Source of the DNA: the human T2T-CHM13v2.0 reference genome, Homo sapiens | Length of the DNA: 64,000 bases | NCBI RefSeq assembly: GCF_009914755.1 | Contig: NC_060934.1 | Strand: one strand, 5' to 3' | Shown: in pieces, positions 58,886-64,000 of the stretch | Position numbering within the stretch: the stretch's first letter is position 1 | How the letters are laid out: each line of letters starts with the position of its first letter | Notes under the pieces: model-generated | The model's database searches: none | Told to the model about the DNA's origin: nothing | What the model saw: the letters and a program-made list of their open reading frames with translations, nothing else | Translations under genes and position numbers: made by a program

Positions 58886-61800
58886 ACGTTTATAGCGTAT
58901 GTCAGTATCATTGCTATCCCCTGTTTCACAGATAAGGACACTGAAGCACAGCAACATTTCATGGCCAGCAATTGGCAAAATCAGCATACGTGCTCAGTGT
59001 CCGTGCTCTTTGCACCTTTACATTAGGCTGCCTCTCAGCCCAGACCCTGCTCAGAAAGAGCTCTCAGACTTCCTGAGATCAGGCTGATGGAAAACAGATA
59101 ACTGATCGCTAGCTTTCTAGATGATGAATGTACAGTAGATTTTGTAGGATTTAAATAGAGAGATTGGCGTGTTGGGAAGTGGTTAGGAAAGGAATAATCA
59201 CAAGCATTCAAAATCTGAAACCCACTGGACTGGAATCAAGAAACCCTGGTGCCAGCCACCAATACCCTTCATCTCTGTTATGCCAGCCTCCTTGCCTCAG
59301 CCCTTGCTGTCCTTTGGTCTGTTTTTAACACCCCAGCCAGAGCGGCCATTTCTCTGCTCAGACCTCCGGTGGCTTCCCATCTCATCACAGAAACAGAAAT
59401 GAGGATAGGGCTCTTTAAGAGTGCAAACTATTTAGAAGTTGAAGGGGGCAGATAGTGAACTGCTCTGTGTTCTCATGGACTCTGTGAGACATGGGGTTTC
59501 CATGCTGACAGGACTTTCATTATACACCTCTCCGTGATTTTCTGCTTAGAATGCATTGGCTTTCCCAACTTGGCATTATTCTTTAATGAAAAAATTATAG
59601 GTCTAATTTCAAAAAAATGAAATGTATGCAAGCTTTCCTGCTTCTGTCACTTTTTTATTTCTGTAGCACATAAATCATTTCCCTTTTTAAAATTAAATTT
59701 CGCTTGCCATGATTTGGTAATGGGTTTTCAAAGGAGGCAGAGTAGCCAAGCTCTTGGCACAAGAGCCAGCTGTACTGCCTGCTCAGGAAATCTTCTCATT
59801 GCTGGCTGGCGTGGGCCTTGATTCCATCATCTGGGCTTTATGTTCCCTTAGGAAGTTACCTAGAAATTCTGTGTCTTAAAAGCTCTCCTTAGAGTGGCTG
59901 TTTTGGCTCTCCAGGTGCCATCTTGGAGGACTAAGGAACACACTGTGTTCAGCAGAAGAAGATTGGTGCATTCTAATGCTCCTTGAGTGCTTATACATTC
60001 ATTCCTTGGGCACCAACTATGTTTAAGGCAGAACTCCAGGCATTGTTAGGATGCTAGTGTCTGCTCTCTAGACAACTGAAAAATCAAGTTGTCTGAGATA
60101 GGACATGGAGCAAGAGGCCATTACAAATGTTCTTTGTAATCCTCTTAAAAATCTTGCATTTTACCCATGAGCGACCTCAGAGAGGTTAAACAGCTTCTGA
60201 AGGGTCACAGACCTGGCATGTTGCTGAAGTAGGGGTTAGCAAAGCAAAACCCCACACACCCCCAGGTCTACTGACCCCAAGGGGCATGCTTTTCTGCTAC
60301 AAATGCAAGAAGCCTAGAGCTAAGAGTCAGGAGTTATTTTGAAGTTTAAAGGAGAGGATATCTGCCAAAGCTTTGTCCATGGGAAAGTTTGCCATATAAC
60401 AGACACTACGAGGCAGTTGGCTAAGGGCAAAGTGAGGAGGTCAAACCGTAGGTGCCACCGGAGTTAAAAGATCCATAAAAGAGAGCCCTAATGTCAGAGG
60501 AAGCCTCTTAGAGGAAATGGATCTTCAACTGGACCTTGAAGGACACAAAAAGGAGGAAGTTATTTCAGGTGAGGAGGTGGAAAATACTCTGGACTTTGAA
60601 GCTCAAAGAGATTGTTTCCTCTGCCATTTTTAGCTTTCTGCACAGACAAAAAGCAGCCTCCACAAGCAAAAACTCTTTTTCTTTTCCTAGAAGATGTTAT
60701 ATTCCCCCGAGGGAGTGAGTACTTGTGAGTCCTCTCACAGACCCCCATCATGGTTAGAACCCAGGGGAAGTTTCTTGGAAGAAAAATCAACTTGTTTCTT
60801 ATTAAATTGGATCCTTCCCTTGGGCCTATGAGAAAGAAAAGGAGAGAGGCACCAATTTTGCAGCAGTGGTAAAGGAGTGAGGTGCCTGCTTGGTTTCCTG
60901 GCTGCTTAATGGGCTGCTTCTAGGCTAAAAGAGTCACTTCAGAATAATCATCTTTAACATTTTGCTTCTTGTCCCTTATGTGTTACTCAGTACTTTTTCA
61001 AAGATGTTTTTCCCCCTCTGCCTGTTATTAAAGTTAATGGCTTCAGTTGCATTTCTCTTCGCTAGACTCTAAGCTCCTTGAGGGGGTAAGAATCAACATG
61101 TTTGTTGAAATGATACGAAAACTCTGCTAGATCCGAGAGGGCTTCAAATCTCCATCATCTTATCTCTTTTCCTGGATAAGTATTTCGTGACCTCAGTCTT
61201 TCAGCTTTAGCTCATTGCCAGTTGATTTCATTCTCAAGGCAGAGTGCCAAACTCAAAAGAACTGGGTTTTTTCTCAATATTTATTTATCTTTTCAAACCA
61301 AAGAGACATTGTTCGTAATCTGGTCAGTGTCTTTAGCTAAAGATTGTTCATTTGTTAGGATGCTTAAAAGACCTTTGTAGTTCTGCACAACCTAGAAGGA
61401 TGTCTTCCTTAGAAAATCAAGGAGCGTACTTAAGTCAGGACAAATGGTAGCCTGTATCCAGAGGTCACTAACAACCTTTCCAACTTGTAACACAGATACC
61501 AGAATTCGCCGTGGCCAATCAAGAAACAGTGGCTGGTTGCTTGACAGCATACAGGGCGTTGTCAGGTTTCTAATTAAATGTGGCTCTATGGGTCAGGAAT
61601 ATAATATAGATCACAGTTTGGGCTGGAATCATATCGGAAAGTGTTAAGTAAAAAAGGCTCAGCCAGTATAACGTTCTCATATGGAAAACTCCTTGGTAGA
61701 TGGTACTGATACCCCAAGGATCCTTTATGGATCACTGGCTTACTGCATATGATTGACAGTTGAGGCCTTCTCTTGGGAGAGTTGCATGGAAGATCCTAGA

Positions 61801-62926
61801 AAGGCAAGTTCATAACACACAGGATTCAGCAGGGCACTTTCCTCGTCCGGTCCCAGGCATGAATATTATATCTTTGAAGTAGGAGATCAAATCTTTTAAC
61901 AAGGGTATTACACACAACACCAGAAACATGACTTTATCAAGGAGCTGAGTCCCGCTTCATTTCCAGGACATACCCCTTCAGAAAGACAATGGATGTTGGT
62001 ACTAATTAGTTCTTTTGAGATTTGTCTTTTCTGCAGCACAGTTGCAAGTACCATGCTCTAGAGAATGCATTTTATCCCATAGCTGTTGAAAGAGAGGAAA
62101 TTGAAATGTGTCAGGACTAGAACAAACCCAGGGACTGTTATGGAGGCCCCAGGAAGTTGCCTTGCAGACCCTTGGTGCCAGTGTCACCTATAGGAGCTGA
62201 GGAGGTGGCCTCAGAGACATGGAGAGTTTGGCCCCGCCACTCCCAACCCTGGTAACTGCTCATCCCACCCTCAGTCTTGCCATAAGAGGAATGTCTTGCA
62301 CATGCAAGAAGATGCCTCATACTTTTCAGAGCACCTCCACCTCTTCTGGCCTCTGCACAACTCTGTAGAACTGGGAGAACAAGTGTCCTTGACCCCACCA
62401 GGAAGTTGAAGAAACTGGTCAGGTGAGTCTGTGGCTACACGTTAGCAGAGTAGTGAATGAAGCTAAGGGGAAACCACAGTGAGACTCGGGCACCAGCTAC
62501 TCGGCCTTTGCTCTTAATGCCATCCCCCAAAATGTGGCCCAGTGCTGAAGGGCACGGCATCACAGCTGTGATTATATACAGCAAACCCTAATTAACCAGA
62601 ATCTTCCATAAACCAGATGCTCCCCCTCCTTCATCCCCTTAGTACCATATTTCAAGGAGGGGAAAAAAAAAAGTAAATAGTAAAAACAGCTTATATGTTT
62701 TTCAAAATATTTTTCTCATTATGAAGTTATTTCTATTACGAAAAGTACAAGTAGAGTAATAATAATAATTGCCACTCTTCTGTGAGCATGTACCATATGT
62801 CAGGCCTTATGTTAAGCCCTTTATATACATTATCTTGCTTAATCATTACAGCATCCCTATAAGGAAGCTCGCGTTAACCATCACTTCACAGGGGAGGAAA
62901 GAGCGGCTAAGAAAAGTTAAGTAACC

Positions 62927-63206
62927 TCAGCACTTTGAGAGGCCGAAGTGGGCAGATCCCTTGATCCCAGGAGTTTGAGACCAGCCTGGGCAACATCCCT
63001 TCTCTACAAAACAAAACAAAACAAAACAAAAATTAGCCAAGAGTGATGGCACGCACCTGTAGTCCCAGCTACTCAGGAGGCTGACGTGGGAGGATCATTT
63101 GAGCCTGGTATGCCAAGGTTGCAGTGAGCCAAGATCACACCACTGCACTCCAGCCTCCCAAGCAACTGGGCGGCAGAGCGAGACCCTGTCTCTATTAAAA
63201 AACAAA
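62927..63206 (+). mobile_element. 5'-truncated AluJ inserted in a MIR
   Basis: CAGCACTTTGAGAGGCCGA..., (AAAAC)n linker and TSD GA(A/G)AAGTTAA(G/A)TAA. Confidence 0.88.
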
Positions 63207-64000
63207 GAGAAGTTAAATAAGCCAAAGTCACAAAACTAGTAAGTGGTCAAGCTGGATTCCAGTTCAGGTCTGTCTGGCTTCAAAGCTGGTATGCTTATCT
63301 ACTCTGTTGCCTCCCTAAACATCATCCGCCATCTCATCAGTGTTATCGATTTCCCTCCAGTCTTTTTCAAAAGCACTTTCATTTACTTGAGAACATTTTA
63401 TTTATGCAATTTCATATGTTAAATTTCTAGTTATTATAAAGCAAACATTTCCCCATATTCTTATAAACATTTTATAAACTCCATTTTAATGATTGCCTAA
63501 TATTACATAAAATGAATTGATCACAGTTTACATAATCCCTTTTTATTAGAAGTTTATATTGTTTCCTCCACAGTTTTGTTTTGTTGCTGTTATGTATAAT
63601 ATATAATTAATACTATAACAAACATCTTTATACATAAAAGCATCAGCACTTGATGGATTCTAGGAATCTCTTATTGCCAAGATTATTTTCCTTCCAAGCA
63701 ATAGCAGAGAAATCAGATAATCAGAGCCTGCTGTAGACCTAGGTATCTTCTGAGAACCAGTGCTCAGAATGAAGATCCAGAGTTTCGCCTGGGCTCCAAA
63801 GCACAACAGGAAAAAATTTTCTTGAGTGAATACTGAGCACAAGCAAGAAAGTAAGCTCAGGCGGTGATTTTCACATGTGCATCAATTTCCTGAAGCACTT
63901 ACTAAAAATTTGATTCTTGGGGTCTGCCTCAGACCTTCAGAATTTGAATGGGTAATATCATGTAACCCACTTTTTTTAATAGACAAAAATTGTACATGTC

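Noticed and set aside
58374-59026. 134-aa and 138-aa ORFs with HT repeats
   Set aside because: The frames stay open because of the (CA)n and C-rich tract within an L2 relic.

Overview
Human (primate) genomic DNA, not microbial. The window lies inside ARID5B on the + strand (10q21.2). It holds about 50.7 kb of the upstream intron (intron 3), one 231-nt symmetric phase-1 coding exon at 50753-50983 (exon 4, GEDEEETNVIVLSYPQYCRYRSMLKR...ESICDEF) and about 13 kb of the next intron. The rest is interspersed repeats: about 15 Alus, a 5'-truncated L1PA, old L1M/L2/MIR fragments, MER1B, MER3/MER33, MER58A, MER47, MER5, MADE1, MaLR LTRs and microsatellites. Long repeat-poor stretches between them are probably regulatory. 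From memory, this intron is the childhood-ALL GWAS interval, and this sequence appears to carry the non-risk alleles. Nearly all ORFs in the supplied track are Alu-, L1- or chance-derived. I found no convincing new gene system. The best unexplained structures are: (1) an identical 16-bp flank on two independently inserted, inverted Alus; (2) a ~67-78-bp direct duplication 2 kb apart that matches no transposon I recognise; (3) a host-ATG/L1-ORF2 chimeric 433-aa antisense ORF; (4) a TSD-less AluSp junction; (5) G-rich and C-rich complementary arms bracketing the in-frame exon; (6) MEF2, MYB, E-box and C/EBP motif clusters at 12.2-13.2 kb.
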